Part shown: positions 1-11,597 of the stretch, one piece after another
Layout of the letters: the number at the start of each line of letters is the position of its first letter
Numbering within the stretch: position 1 is the first letter of the stretch
Assembly (NCBI RefSeq): GCF_035594765.1
Contig: NC_085844.1
Location: 213,916,107-213,980,106, forward strand
DNA length: 64,000 bases
Direction of reading: 5' to 3'
DNA from: Anolis carolinensis
Lineage: Eukaryota
Translations under genes and position numbers: made by a program
Notes under the pieces: generated by a model
Databases searched by the model: none
Seen by the model: the letters and a program-made list of their open reading frames with translations, nothing else
Told to the model about the DNA's origin: nothing

Positions 1-374
1 ATGCCAGACCTTTCTTTTAAAAAATAGTTGCTGAAGCTATAAGTATCTTAAAACTCATTGTTTGTGTTCTGAATGATTGCAATGGGGTTTGGCCATAACT
101 GCATTAAATAACAACAGCCTGCATGCATTTTCAGATATAGTTAATCCTGAAGGTTTGATAAAGAATAACTTCAAAAAGGAAATACCATAACCATTCTGTT
201 ATTCTACACAAGCAAAATCTATAGAGTTATTCCCTTTTCAAAAACATTGTTCTCAGATTTCTCAAAGACTTTTGCTCTGATCTGTTTAGTTAACATGAAT
301 GAAATGAAAACTCAACAAAAGAGTTGCATAGCAGGGAATTTTGAAAAATACTGCTGTCTTTGTCCACCCCTTAC

Positions 375-420
375 CTTGCTTTTATCTGCTTCAACGAATT
401 GTTTGACTCTTCTGTAGGTG
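375..420 (-). CDS. ST3GAL-like coding exon 4
   Basis: [15 protein letters not shown], homologous to TYIPVPAKIRVKQDK; 46 nt; polypyrimidine-cag acceptor, gtaagg donor. Confidence 0.88.
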
Positions 421-3400
421 CTGTGAAAGGAAAAAGAAAAATTAAATTTTATAAGATTTCTCTTTCTCGCTCCCCCAGTTAAAAGCTGTATTTCTCTGTT
501 TTTTTGCTCTTCCTCCCAGAACAGATGGAGGCTACTGGATGAAGCAGTCAACTTGTCAATTAACAGTGACAGATTTGGTGACATGCTGCTTTATTATGAC
601 CACATTTTCAAATATATGGACAAAATTCAAAGCTATGTCATTGAAGGAAACATCATTAAAGGATGTTTCATGTCCACACGAAACATCAATTTAGAGGAGG
701 GTTCCCAGGATCAATTCAACTGACCAAATTTACCATAAACTTCTTTTCACAGGGAATGTACTCTTCATTCATTTTAAAGGACCATTCCAACATTCAACAT
801 GCCTTCAACATCCAGCCATGAGTCCGTTACACAAGAAAAGAAGACTGAGGTAAATAAATTGAAGGTTATGATTATGTTACCATTTTATTATTGCTTAGTT
901 TTTTTATACTCTAGTTCAGTAAGCATGGCACTTACTGCTGTATTTCTCCTGAGGAAAAGGCACTGGCTAGCCATTTGAGATCCAGAGGTTTGAAGGGGAC
1001 AAGCATAAGATGGACACCAGCATGAAGGTTCATTGCACTCTCTGGGTACATAAAATGGTGGGTGGTTTTTGCACCAACGTCTTCCTCAAAGCCTGCAGTT
1101 GGTGCCGTGTTGATCCTTAAAGTACATGAGAAAGACAATCAGATGGTTATGGACAAAATACCAGGATAGACACATGTGAACAGATGGGGCCTGATCTAAC
1201 ACATATTCAGATGACCTCACTTCAGGGATTTGTTCAGATATCTCCAGCTTTTCAACATTATCATACATGTGTACTGTATTCAAGTTTGGCCAGGTTAGTC
1301 TTTACACAGCCACATTTATTCAATTCTAGAGTTAAAAAAATGTTTGGAACTGACAATCAGAATACAGCCAGGCCACCATATTTTTCAAGGAACACGTTTC
1401 TGAGTAGACATTATAACTGGCTACACTAATCTCCATGGATCATTCATCTTTCCTGAAGATCCAGCCTGCATATGTCCTCCATAATTTATGGATGGCTTTC
1501 AACCTATTAAATATGTTTTTCTCAACTAAACAGCAATGACATCATTTTGTAAAATCTTCATGTTTGCATCTGTTGAATCAATGCAGATACCAAGAAGTCA
1601 ATCCATGGAAGATGTGTTTTGTCCCACTGCATTTTCTCAAGGGCAATCTATTAGAGGTCCTGTTCTCAATGTGGCCAGAGCTGAAAGTAGGTGGCTGCCA
1701 CTTCTCTTTTCCCTCTCTTTGTGTTTCAACCACCCCTTTTTATCTGCCTCTGTCTTTCTACTGCTTGCCCTCTCTTTCCCACCACTGAGAAAGGGACAGG
1801 AAGATCACTTATGTCACAGTTCTGAACCCATCCGCTATAGAAGTCTTTTAGGCTGAGGGCTGGGAGTCCCTGACCCTGGGATGTGCCCAATCTCACTTAC
1901 CTTAGCACAAAATGGTGAGAGTCAATATTTTCCCCATATTTTGAGCCCTTCAGCCTCCCCGAATTCCCCACCACAGCACATGTTCCACACTGGGTGGTGT
2001 CCTGGACTTTAGCAGTCGAGGATGGCAAGATCTCAAACAGGTGTTTTATTATCTTCTGTACTTGTTTTCCATCCTGTGATCTTTGCAGCTTCTAGTGGGG
2101 CAAAACAGAAAGAGTTAAGGGGGAGAATGGACCCTGGTTTCAAATAGTACCTTCCTTACCCAGTACTTTGGATAAATTGACCTGTAGAGTCAATTGATCT
2201 GCTAAACAGAATTCATTAATAGGCACTTTTGATAACACAGCCTATCATTTGCAACCCATTCTGAAACAAAGCTAGAAATGGTATTATACTGAAATGGGTT
2301 TCTTCTAGTCAGAATGGCCAATGTCTTGTATGAGCTTGGCTCCTCTCATAGAATCATAAAACAATAGAATTGGAAGAGACCACCACATGGGCCATCTAGT
2401 CCAACCTCCAGCCATGCAGGAAAGCATAATCAAAGTATCCCTGACAGATGGCCATCCAGCCTTTGCTCAAAAGTTTCCAAGGAAGGCATCTCCTTTCCTG
2501 TAATTTAAACCTATTGCTCCGAGTCCTAGTTTCAAGGACAGCAGAAAACAAGTCTTCTCCCTCTTTCTTATGACACCCTTTCACATATTTATAAATGGCT
2601 ATCATGTATTATCTTAACCTTCTCTCAGGCTAAACATACCCAGTTCTTTAAGACGCTTCTCATAGGGCCTGATCTCCAGACCTTTGATCATTTTAGTCGC
2701 CCTCCTCTGCACACCTTCCAGCTTATTGGTAGTTTTTTTAAACTGTGGTGCAGTATATCTTGCCAGTAATATATTGAACATGTAAACTTTATTCAAGTAG
2801 GTTTAATGCTTCTGCTTCCAAATGTTTTTGACTGGCTTCCTTTTTCCTACCCATTTACAAAAGTCCAGAAGTGAATAGAACAGGCAGTAATTATGGGCAA
2901 TTTCACATGCAGGCATACCCTTTTCATTTTAGATAATGTTCAATTTTTTTTAAAAAAAGAAGTCTTTTTTTAACCATTGTAGCAATTCACAATTCAATTA
3001 TTGTAAATGTCCTCTTTTCTCACAAGATTTCATCCCTTCTAAAACTATATATGCTGATTCAATTGCTTCAGTTCTAAGTGGGATGGAAAAGGGACATGTG
3101 ATAATCCAGTGAACACACCACTGTCTCGCCTGGTCCACCCCTGTCTCCATAAATCATCATGATGCCTAAGCTGTGCAATGCCCCAAAAGCCTAATATAAT
3201 CCTTGTTATATCAATGGACATAAAGGCACAAGGGGAAAAACTGAGAAGGATTGTGTGCCTTCAAGTCCTCTCCAGCTTAAGGCAACTCTATGGTGAACCT
3301 ATCACAAGATTGGTTCAGAAGTGGCTTGCCTTTGCCTTCCTCTAGCTGGGAGAGAATGACTGGCCAAAAGGCATCCAGTGGATGTCCATGGTCACGGTGG

Positions 3401-5725
3401 GATTTAAACCCCGGTCTCCAGATATAGTCCAGCACTCAAACTATTACAATACCCTGGCTCTTATACACACATGTATCTCAGTACTAACTAGAGAGATATT
3501 GCACCACAATAGCTGATCTGTCCCAGAGAAATAAACAAAAGACAGACAAAAAATGGCATAGGAAGCAAAGGACTGAAGGAGTTATGGTGGGAAGAATCAA
3601 GACACACTGCTGCTTCTCCAGAACAGCTTTTATACGTGTGGGCCAGAAATGTGGCTGACTGACACCGTGACTGAGGGGAAATTACACAGTATATTGGTAG
3701 ACCACATGAAGACCAGAATATGTGGCAGATAACGTAACTAGGAGGAAATGAAAGGCGCGAGACCTTACTAATGGGGCAGAATGTCTCCAGCATGGGAAAG
3801 GAACAAAAGAAGTGTGGGATTGCAAAAGATTTACGCTTTGCACATGTTCCAAAGAAGCAACTGTAATAGAAACAAATATGGGTAATAGATGGCAATAGAT
3901 GAAGAGAAGCTAAGACCCTATCAAGTACGGAGACTGTCACACTCATCCCATGTGAATTTGATAACATAACTTGCCGTTTGCAAACTATTCGTAAATAAAG
4001 CTACAGATTTATATCATAGCAAAAGCTGCTATCTCCTAAAGAGAATGGCCAATGCCTTCTGCTAGGATGGCTCTTCCTGAACATGATAACACAGGCTGGG
4101 ATCCTGCATCAGGAGATGTATGTCTTTCCCCACCTCTAAACCCACCTTTCAGTGGATGCCACCCCTGCAGCACAGTCAATTTCTCGGTACTTTTAGAAGG
4201 GCAGGGGGAGCAGCAGATATCTGCCTGGCTATTCTCCTTTACTTGGATGGGCTGCAACATGTAGCTTTAGGAAGCATCAGAAGTCCTAGTGATGTCCTTA
4301 AAGATGACATCCTTCTATCAGCTACAGGAAAATAGCTAGACACATTTCTATTGATGGACATTTTGTGGGGGCTGCATTGATTGAAAGATGAGTTTGAGAG
4401 ACGTGTTGTATGTAGTTCAGTCAGTAAAAAAATCTAGCTTCCATCAAGGCCAAAAAAGCAAGTTGTGATGGTTTAAGTCCAACTTATGCCATCATACTTC
4501 ATGAACCAAACTCCAGCCATAACTCTGTATTATTAATGCTGCAACGTCTGAAAGGGCAGGAGCTCCCTTTGGGCAAAGCAGTCGGCTTCTACCAGCTTCT
4601 CATTCCTTACATTTTTTCATGCAATGGATTGGCAGATACTACAGCTAAAATTCCTTCCTTGTTGTTCACTCTAAATATAGATATAACATTCTCTGCTTGA
4701 GAGGTCTGAAAGGGAGAAAAACAGTTTTCCAATGAAGCATATAGAAAAGCAGAGAAAGCTAAGGTTGAGAACATGAGTGGGCAACTGTTCCAGGGGAAAG
4801 GACTAATTTTTATCCTATGTCTGCATTTTCAATAAGCATCACCGATTTTGATTCAGCTCTGTTTTCAACACTTTACATTTGAATGTAGCTATATTTTAAA
4901 ATAAAATTTTAGTTGGGGTGAGGTCTGCAAAATTTGGGCAGGGGATAACAGGAGGTAAATTAAGTCAAACCTCTGCATTTTGTTCCATTTTTGTGGTATA
5001 TTTTATAGTATTTTTTATTGTGTCAGAAGTGAATTCAGAACTTACTGCAAATTGCTTCTGGTGTGAGAGAATTGGCTGTCTACAAAGACATTGCCCAGGG
5101 GATGCCCAGATGTGTTACATCCTGTGGGAGGCTTATCTCATGTCTCTGCATGGGAAGATGGAGTTGACAGGCTGGAGCTCACCTTGTCTCGTGGATTCGA
5201 ACTGCCAGCCTTCAGGTCAGCAGTTCAGCCAGCACAAGGGTTTAACTCATTGCGCCACTGCAGATCCCATATTTTATGGTGATTTGTGGCTATGTGGTAC
5301 AAGCCTGGAACATTTAACCATATGAAGAAGTGGAACAAATCTAATCTCCATATGTTCTCAGTGCCCTTTCCCTTAAGGAAACATTCACTGTGTCTATTAC
5401 TCAGTATAATTCTATATATCTCTTGTCAATATCATGAGGCAATACTCACCAGCCACCAAAAGAGAACCTCTGGGGGGATCCTTTGAGATTCACGAGTTAG
5501 CAGGCAGTTGACTGAGGCATCATAGTGATCACAAAACCAGTCCTGAGGGTTATGGTCAATGCATCTGTTGCAGTTGCAAATTCCTTGCTCTAGGAAGGAA
5601 TCCAAGGATGACCATTGTTCAGAGCTGTCTGAAAAAAGGCCCGTATGCACACACCTGTACATCTTCCACAGGAAAGCTGCCAGACACAGCACCAAGATGA
5701 CCCACGGCTTTTTCTTGACTAGCAT
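375..5725 (-). CDS. ST3GAL1/ST3GAL2-like CMP-NeuAc:beta-galactoside alpha-2,3-sialyltransferase (GT29), coding exons 1-4 (5450-5725, 1901-2091, 936-1115, 375-420); the 3' exons lie off the left edge; candidate ST3Gal VIII
   Basis: The spliced frame is open for 231 aa: type II anchor ([20 protein letters not shown]), stem CNCNRC...WFCDHY...LLT...WWL, sialylmotif [12 protein letters not shown]...[27 protein letters not shown], then YPES and [11 protein letters not shown]. All introns are GT-AG, and the 180/46-nt exons match the ST3GAL1 gene structure as recalled. Confidence 0.92.
936..1115 (-). CDS. ST3GAL-like coding exon 3 (end of sialylmotif L)
   Basis: [26 protein letters not shown]...[12 protein letters not shown]; 180 nt; gtaagt donor. 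Confidence 0.93.
1901..2091 (-). CDS. ST3GAL-like coding exon 2 (start of sialylmotif L)
   Basis: [23 protein letters not shown]...[30 protein letters not shown]; ag/gtaagt boundaries. Confidence 0.93.
2345..2755 (-). mobile_element. CR1 LINE 3' fragment
   Basis: [17 protein letters not shown]...[10 protein letters not shown]; tail catagaatcata. Confidence 0.88.
3252..3460 (-). mobile_element. Old tRNA/CORE-type squamate SINE with RTE-like tail; similar degraded copies near 9120-9315, 26400-26600, 31030-31410, 39290-39475 and 48370-48535
   Basis: Shared motifs tgtgccttcaagtc, ttgccttcctc, ccagtgg.tttccatgg, ggatttgaaccc. Confidence 0.55.
5019..5264 (-). mobile_element. Anolis SINE2-type tRNA SINE (Vingi-like tail)
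   Basis: tgtgtcagaag...cttctggtgtgagagaattggc...aagggtttaa...tgcgccac. Confidence 0.8.
5450..5725 (-). CDS. ST3GAL-like coding exon 1 (cytoplasmic tail, TM anchor, stem)
   Basis: 92 codons MLVKKK...VLFWWL, then donor gtgagt; acceptor at 5738-5739. Confidence 0.9.
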
Positions 5726-6243
5726 CCTTCATCCCATCTATTTGGTTTGGGTCTTAAAGTTAAGAAATCTTCCAGTCCTGAAATGATGTAATCTGTTAGA
5801 GAGGTAGCCTAACACCTATGAATTAAAATAATAGTTGTTGTGTTTTAGATGTCCTATGTTAAAATAAAGAATTATTTCTAACAACTTTTTAGGAGGTAAA
5901 ATATTTGTGTGCTGTGCTATAACTGTATCATTGCCCACGTAGAACTTTCTGTGATAAGAGGCTTCTGTTCACATGTTGCTCCCCACCCCAAATAAAAAAA
6001 ATGGACATCTTGCATCTTAGCAACTCACAAAGTGGGTGTCATTCCTTCTCCATTAACTCGTGCATCCCAAGTTCTGTGCATGTGATCTTCTGTTATGGTA
6101 ACACATCTTCAAAAGACTGAAACACACACAGAAAGTGCTAAGTCAATATGGACTAGAAATATAATAAGGCAATACCCTATAACAAGATGGTGCTATCATT
6201 TGTCAGAAAGAAACATATCATTGATTTTTTGGGGGGGTGTTAT

Positions 6244-6501
6244 TGTGTCAGAAGCAACTTGAGAACATACTACAAATCGCTTCTGGTGTGAGAGAATTGG
6301 CCATCTATAGAGATGTTGCCCTGGCGATGACAGGATGTGTTAGCTGGGAGGCTTCTCTCATGTCACCGCAAGCTAGAGCTGACAGACAGGAGCTCACTCC
6401 GACTCGCAGATTCAAACCAGCAACCTTTAAGTCAGCAACCCAACCTTCAGGTCAGCAGTTCAGCCGTTACAAGGGTTTAACCCATTGCATCACTGTGGCT
6501 C
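6244..6501 (-). mobile_element. Anolis SINE2-type SINE
   Basis: Same diagnostic motifs as the other copies. Confidence 0.8.
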
Positions 6502-6640
6502 TATTGATTCCTGTTAAATAATATTTTCAATTACTTAAAGGTATACCAGGAAATAAACTGCCTAACGTCAGATTCATTTTCCATAGTTATATGATGTGTG
6601 ATTTGTATTTCAATATATTTGCTCTAGGAAGGAATTCAAG

Positions 6641-6905
6641 GGCCCCCTGGTGGTGCAGTGGGTGAGCTCCTGCTGTTAGCCCCAGCTTCTGCCAACCTAA
6701 CAGTTCGAAAGCATGTAAATGTGAGTAGATCAATAGGTACCTCTCCAGTGGGAAGACAATGGCATTCCATGCAGTCATGCTGGCCACATGACCTAGGAGA
6801 TGACTACAGACAATGCCAGCTCTTCGGCTTAGAAATGGAGATGAGCACCAATCTCCAGAGTCGGACATGACTAGACTTAATATCAGGGGAACCTTTAACT
6901 TTACT
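6641..6905 (+). mobile_element. Sauria SINE
   Basis: tgccaaccta.cagttcgaaa.catg...gctcttcggcttagaaatggagatgagcacc...ccagagtcggaca, then an (ACCTTT)-like tail. Confidence 0.87.
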
Positions 6906-8991
6906 TTATATTTTCTAAGCACCTAACCAGGAAATGGAAAAATATTGCTTTGTTCATTTCAGTTGCCCATCTAGTAAACTGAACAGCAAAAATGTTCCCT
7001 TGTTGGATCTCCTGAACCTCTTGGTTACATTTGATACTTTCAACCACACACAACTTTCTAACACATTTGTCAGAAATAGGACTTGCACTGTTTTAAGGTG
7101 ACCGTAGTCCTCCTTGTCATCTTAAAAATAGAGACAATAAAAAACGATAGAGATATCCATAGCCATGGTCATAGTTTTCTCTTATTCAAAAGAGATGCTC
7201 ATACCATTACTTATAAGTGATGCAGGGATGCAGGATCAATGAAAAACACTATGTACTGTACAAGTTTTGGAATGAACCAATTACTTCCCTATGCTATGTA
7301 CATTTACCTGGAAGTTGATCTAATTAAACCCAACAAGGATAACATCAGATTTATTTTGATCTCTCCCATCTAACAAAAGGAAAATATGTTGTTAAAGGAA
7401 GACGAAACACAAAATTAGAAGGAAACAGCAAAGAAAAAAATCAATATATGAGCAAGAGGAAAGCGCCAATTAAGAAAAAGCAAGGATGTAAGAAAAAATA
7501 CATTTAAGAGAAATGAGAAAGAACTACTCTGTGTGCCCTTATCTGCAAGTTGATTCCATTGATTTCAGCAGGATTTATTAAACATGCACCAGCTTGAGCT
7601 GCAGCTGTAACAGAAGGAAGAGAAAAAGAAGGTATGTGGAAAACAGAGAAGCAAACAGAAGGGGGAAAAAAGCAAGAAGATGAAGGGAAAGAGGCAGAGA
7701 GTACACGGATCTTTGGCAGGAGGGTCATCAGTTTGTCTCCCTGGACAGAGAGGAAGGAGCCTGTGCTGTGCTCAATTCCAGTCGGCAAGTGGGGCAGATG
7801 GTTTAAGCAGGAGGCAAGGGAGGGCTGACAGATTAAGAACTGTTTCCCATTCATTAACAGTCTCTCGGCAAACATACCTTGGAGAAGGGAGGGAAATCAC
7901 AGCTGTTCCTCCTTTGCTGCTGCCCAGGCAAGACTGGCTCAAGACACTTTGCTGCCTGCGGCGAAGACAGTGTGCCGCGTCCCCACCCCCTCATGCCGGC
8001 AGATGAAGCCTTATGGCAACACTGGCAAGAGGACAGCATCCCCGCCGCACATGAAGGTGCAAGCCAAGCAAGCTGAGACCTGGATTCAGAGCAAGCAGCG
8101 GGACCCACATAGGTTTCTCTCCCAGTACCTTCCTGCCAGCCACATGATCCCTGGCATCCGCTTCTCAGGGCAGCTACCTCCTTCTGCCTAATGGTAGGAC
8201 CAGCCTTCTATCCACAAAGAGCTTCTGTTCCATCATACAAACTATCTTTCTCCACCTATTGGCATCCTCTGCATACCAGTTTCTCGGGAACACAAGCAGG
8301 GAAAGTCTTATATGGGTTTTATGGGTTCTCCTTGAGCATCCAATTGGCCAGTGTAGGAACAGACAGCAGGGTTAGATAAATCTTTTATCCGATTTAGTAT
8401 GGCTTTTCTTAGGTTCTTACACTTAGCAGCCATGTTTATTTCCAAGTGAAACTCCTCTCCTTCTGAGAGTACAGAGCTGGGTCTAGGCCATGACTGAGCT
8501 CTTGCTCACAGACGGCTGTTAGGTCACTATAAGCACATTTTTCCAAATGACACACACTTCTCTATTTGGGGCTTTCCTTGCTGAATGAGGATATAAATTT
8601 CTGCCCTCAAGATTTTGATAGTTTCATAACAAATACCAATTTGGGGTGAAAGATATTTCCCAGAATTACAGGCAGTGGAGAAAAGGGTTAACCCTCATCT
8701 ACTGTAATTCTTATAAGTATTGCAAAGTCATCTTCTACTTGCACCAACATCTCCCCCTTTTCCCCTGTTAATCTATCAACATAACTGGTAAAAATTGTCC
8801 ACATGTGCTACAGAGGATTAGTAAATTAATGGTAAAGGAGACCAAGTGGACCTTTCATTGATTCTTCAATATAACTGGATAGGCTATCTGAAGATTGCAG
8901 GAGGCTTACCTTATTATCTTTGGTTCCTGGAGTCTGATAGCAAATCAGAATGCCCCATTTATTGATGTTTCTTCAAGTTAGTCTTGGACGA

Positions 8992-9112
8992 TGTGTTGTC
9001 GAAGGCTTTCATGGCCGGGATCACAGGGTTGTTGTATGTCTTTCGGGCTGTGTGGCCATGTTCCAGAATACTTCTGGAACATGGCCACACAGCCCGAAAG
9101 ACATACAACAAC
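8992..9112. mobile_element. Penelope-like pLTR inverted-repeat remnant
   Basis: tgtgttgtcgaaggctttcatggcc terminus; perfect 41-bp arms 9028-9068 / 9072-9112. Confidence 0.8.
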
Positions 9113-10482
9113 AACTCTTGGATGAACTTATCAGAGGGTTTTCTGGGCAACGCTTATTCAGAAGGGATTTACCATTGCTTTCCTCTGAGGCTATGAGACT
9201 CATTGCTTGCTACCCAGTTAGTTACCTGGTAAGTTTCCATGTCTGAGCGGACATTTGAACCCTGGTTTCTCAGAGCTATAGTCTGACACTCAAAACTATG
9301 ACACCACACTGGCTTTCAGAATGATACAATACAGCTAAAATTTCTTTCAAGCAATAAATGCACACCCAAAGCACTTATCACGCTATGCCTATGGAACTGC
9401 AATTCCATATTGCGATCAAATGAAATTATGAAAAAATGCACGGAAAAATGTGGTGTGGCAAGAGGAAGTTTCAGCCGTCGTTTGTCAAGTGCCAATTTTA
9501 AAAGGGGAGTTGGTAACTGTGGGACAAGAAACACAAAACATACATGATTGGCTCTTTTTCCCAAGTTGGCCTAAAATGCATACTTTCTCAGCTGAAGCAT
9601 ATAATTTATTTCAAAAGCTTCACTTCTGCATTTATAACATTCACATATATTCAAAGGACAAATGGGGAATGGGGGTAACCTATCACCAAGTTACATAAAC
9701 ATCATTGCTCAGAGACCAAAAATGGCATTTTTATTAGCCTAGAAACCCACATCAGAGTAGGATTAGCCCAAAACACTTATGGAGGTTGTGAAGAAGCACT
9801 GACAGATGTGCAAATTAGAAGACTTGAACTGCATCAAAGAGAAGCACCAATAGTCAAAGACCCTCCCCATTATATTGCCCACAGGTGCTTACCTTACTCA
9901 GGTAAACAAAGATTTTCTGAGTTGAAATGACAGGCAAACTGCAGTTGTCTTCCTGTGTGAATCGTGTGTCCTTCTTTGGTGGAGCACAGTCTTCTGATGA
10001 AATACTCCTCTCAGGGGCGTGAGCTGAAAGTTGCTTATGTTGACACCCTCATTTTGAATAGGAGCATTGCAAAACAATGGGGAAGTTAACAATCCAACAC
10101 CAACCACAAAACAGTCAGTTTGAGGTCAGATGTTTTAAAACCAAACGGCTTTGTTTCACATACAGAAAGGAATATGCTTTCTGCAGCTTAGTCAGCAGTG
10201 GCTTCCTGTATGTATTTGCAGATGTGACACACCAAACAGATGGTGTGTGATTAAGAAGGCAGTTGTCTTTGCATGCTCCCTTCTTCAGTTACAGTAAGGA
10301 GTGTAGGCATCGTGGTGCCATCTGGGCAGGACTCCAGGGTCCCACTCAAGAGAATCAGCAGAAAGGAGCATATCACATTTTGAAGGGAGTGAAATAATGC
10401 ATATTTACATCTAAAAAGGGTCATCTTCACAAGACGATAAGTCCTGATCCTAAATGTACTTAATTGCACCACAGCCTCTTGT

Positions 10483-10845
10483 CATAGAAGTATAGAGCTG
10501 GAAGAGTCCACAAGCGCCATCCAGTCCACCCTAGTCCAATGCAGGAATAAAAAATCAAACACTCCTGACAGATGGCCATCCAGCCTCTTTTTAAAAACCT
10601 CCAGAGGAGGAGACTCCACCACGTTCCTGGGCAGCATATTCCACTGCCAAACAGCTTTTACCATCAGAAAGTTCTTCCTAGTGTTCAGATGGAATCTTTT
10701 CCCCTGCAATTTGAATCCACTGCTTCGTGTCCTAATCTCCAGCAGAAAACAAGTGTGCTCCCTTGTCAATGTGACATCATTTCAAGTATTTAAATATGGC
10801 TATCTTGCCCTCTCTTTGCCTTTTTTTCTCCGAGCTAAATAGACC
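10483..10845 (-). mobile_element. CR1 LINE 3' fragment
   Basis: GFKLQGKRFHLNTRKNF...LEVFKKRLDGHL. Confidence 0.88.
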
Positions 10846-11597
10846 CACTCTGTTGAGAAGAATGACAGAGTTCCTTAGAAATCTCTGGGGATTCTCGGTG
10901 GAAGATCAACAACATTAAACATCTACCTCCTTCCTACCATTACTGTTCTACTGCTGAAATATAAAAGCTGCTGAGGAGCGTGGGATGCAGTCTAGGTGCG
11001 CAGTCAATTTGCCAGGAACAACTGTGAATTGGGATTCTGTTCTATTAATTGTTTTATTTTTAGCTGCATAGTTTAATATGAACTTATACTAGGCTTCCCT
11101 AAAGAATAATCTTGCTCTCTCAGCTTGGCCTTTCTAGAGGAAGTGGGGAGATGATTTTCTCCGATTTCCCCTTGAGGCCTCTATAGGAGCCTCCCGAAGA
11201 TTGGTAGGCGGTTCTGGAAGGTTGGGAGGGAGAAATGGTGAAAATGTACACTCTCATAAACAATAATCTCATAAATCCTGCTTTTTTAAAAAAATGAAGT
11301 GACTTGCTTTGAAATATGGCATAACAAATGCACCAATTAAACTGTTAAATACAATTCACACAATCTGTGCATTAATTTCAGCAATGTACTGTTCACATTC
11401 CCTAGCCTGGTGCCTGCTCATTGATGTTTTAAGTGTCAACTCCCATAATCCACAGCAAACATGGTCAATGGTGAGAGGTCATGGGGCTTCAAGTCCCAAA
11501 CATCTGAAGGGCATCATGGCTGGGATTCTGTTTTGCTAACAAGGATTATTTAACATAGAAAACTGTTAAAATAAATCCCAAATGATACAATACCATA

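Noticed and set aside
7504-8379. Cluster of overlapping ORFs as a separate gene
   Set aside because: No recognisable domain; the ORF density is explained by local GC richness, probably a UTR or promoter region
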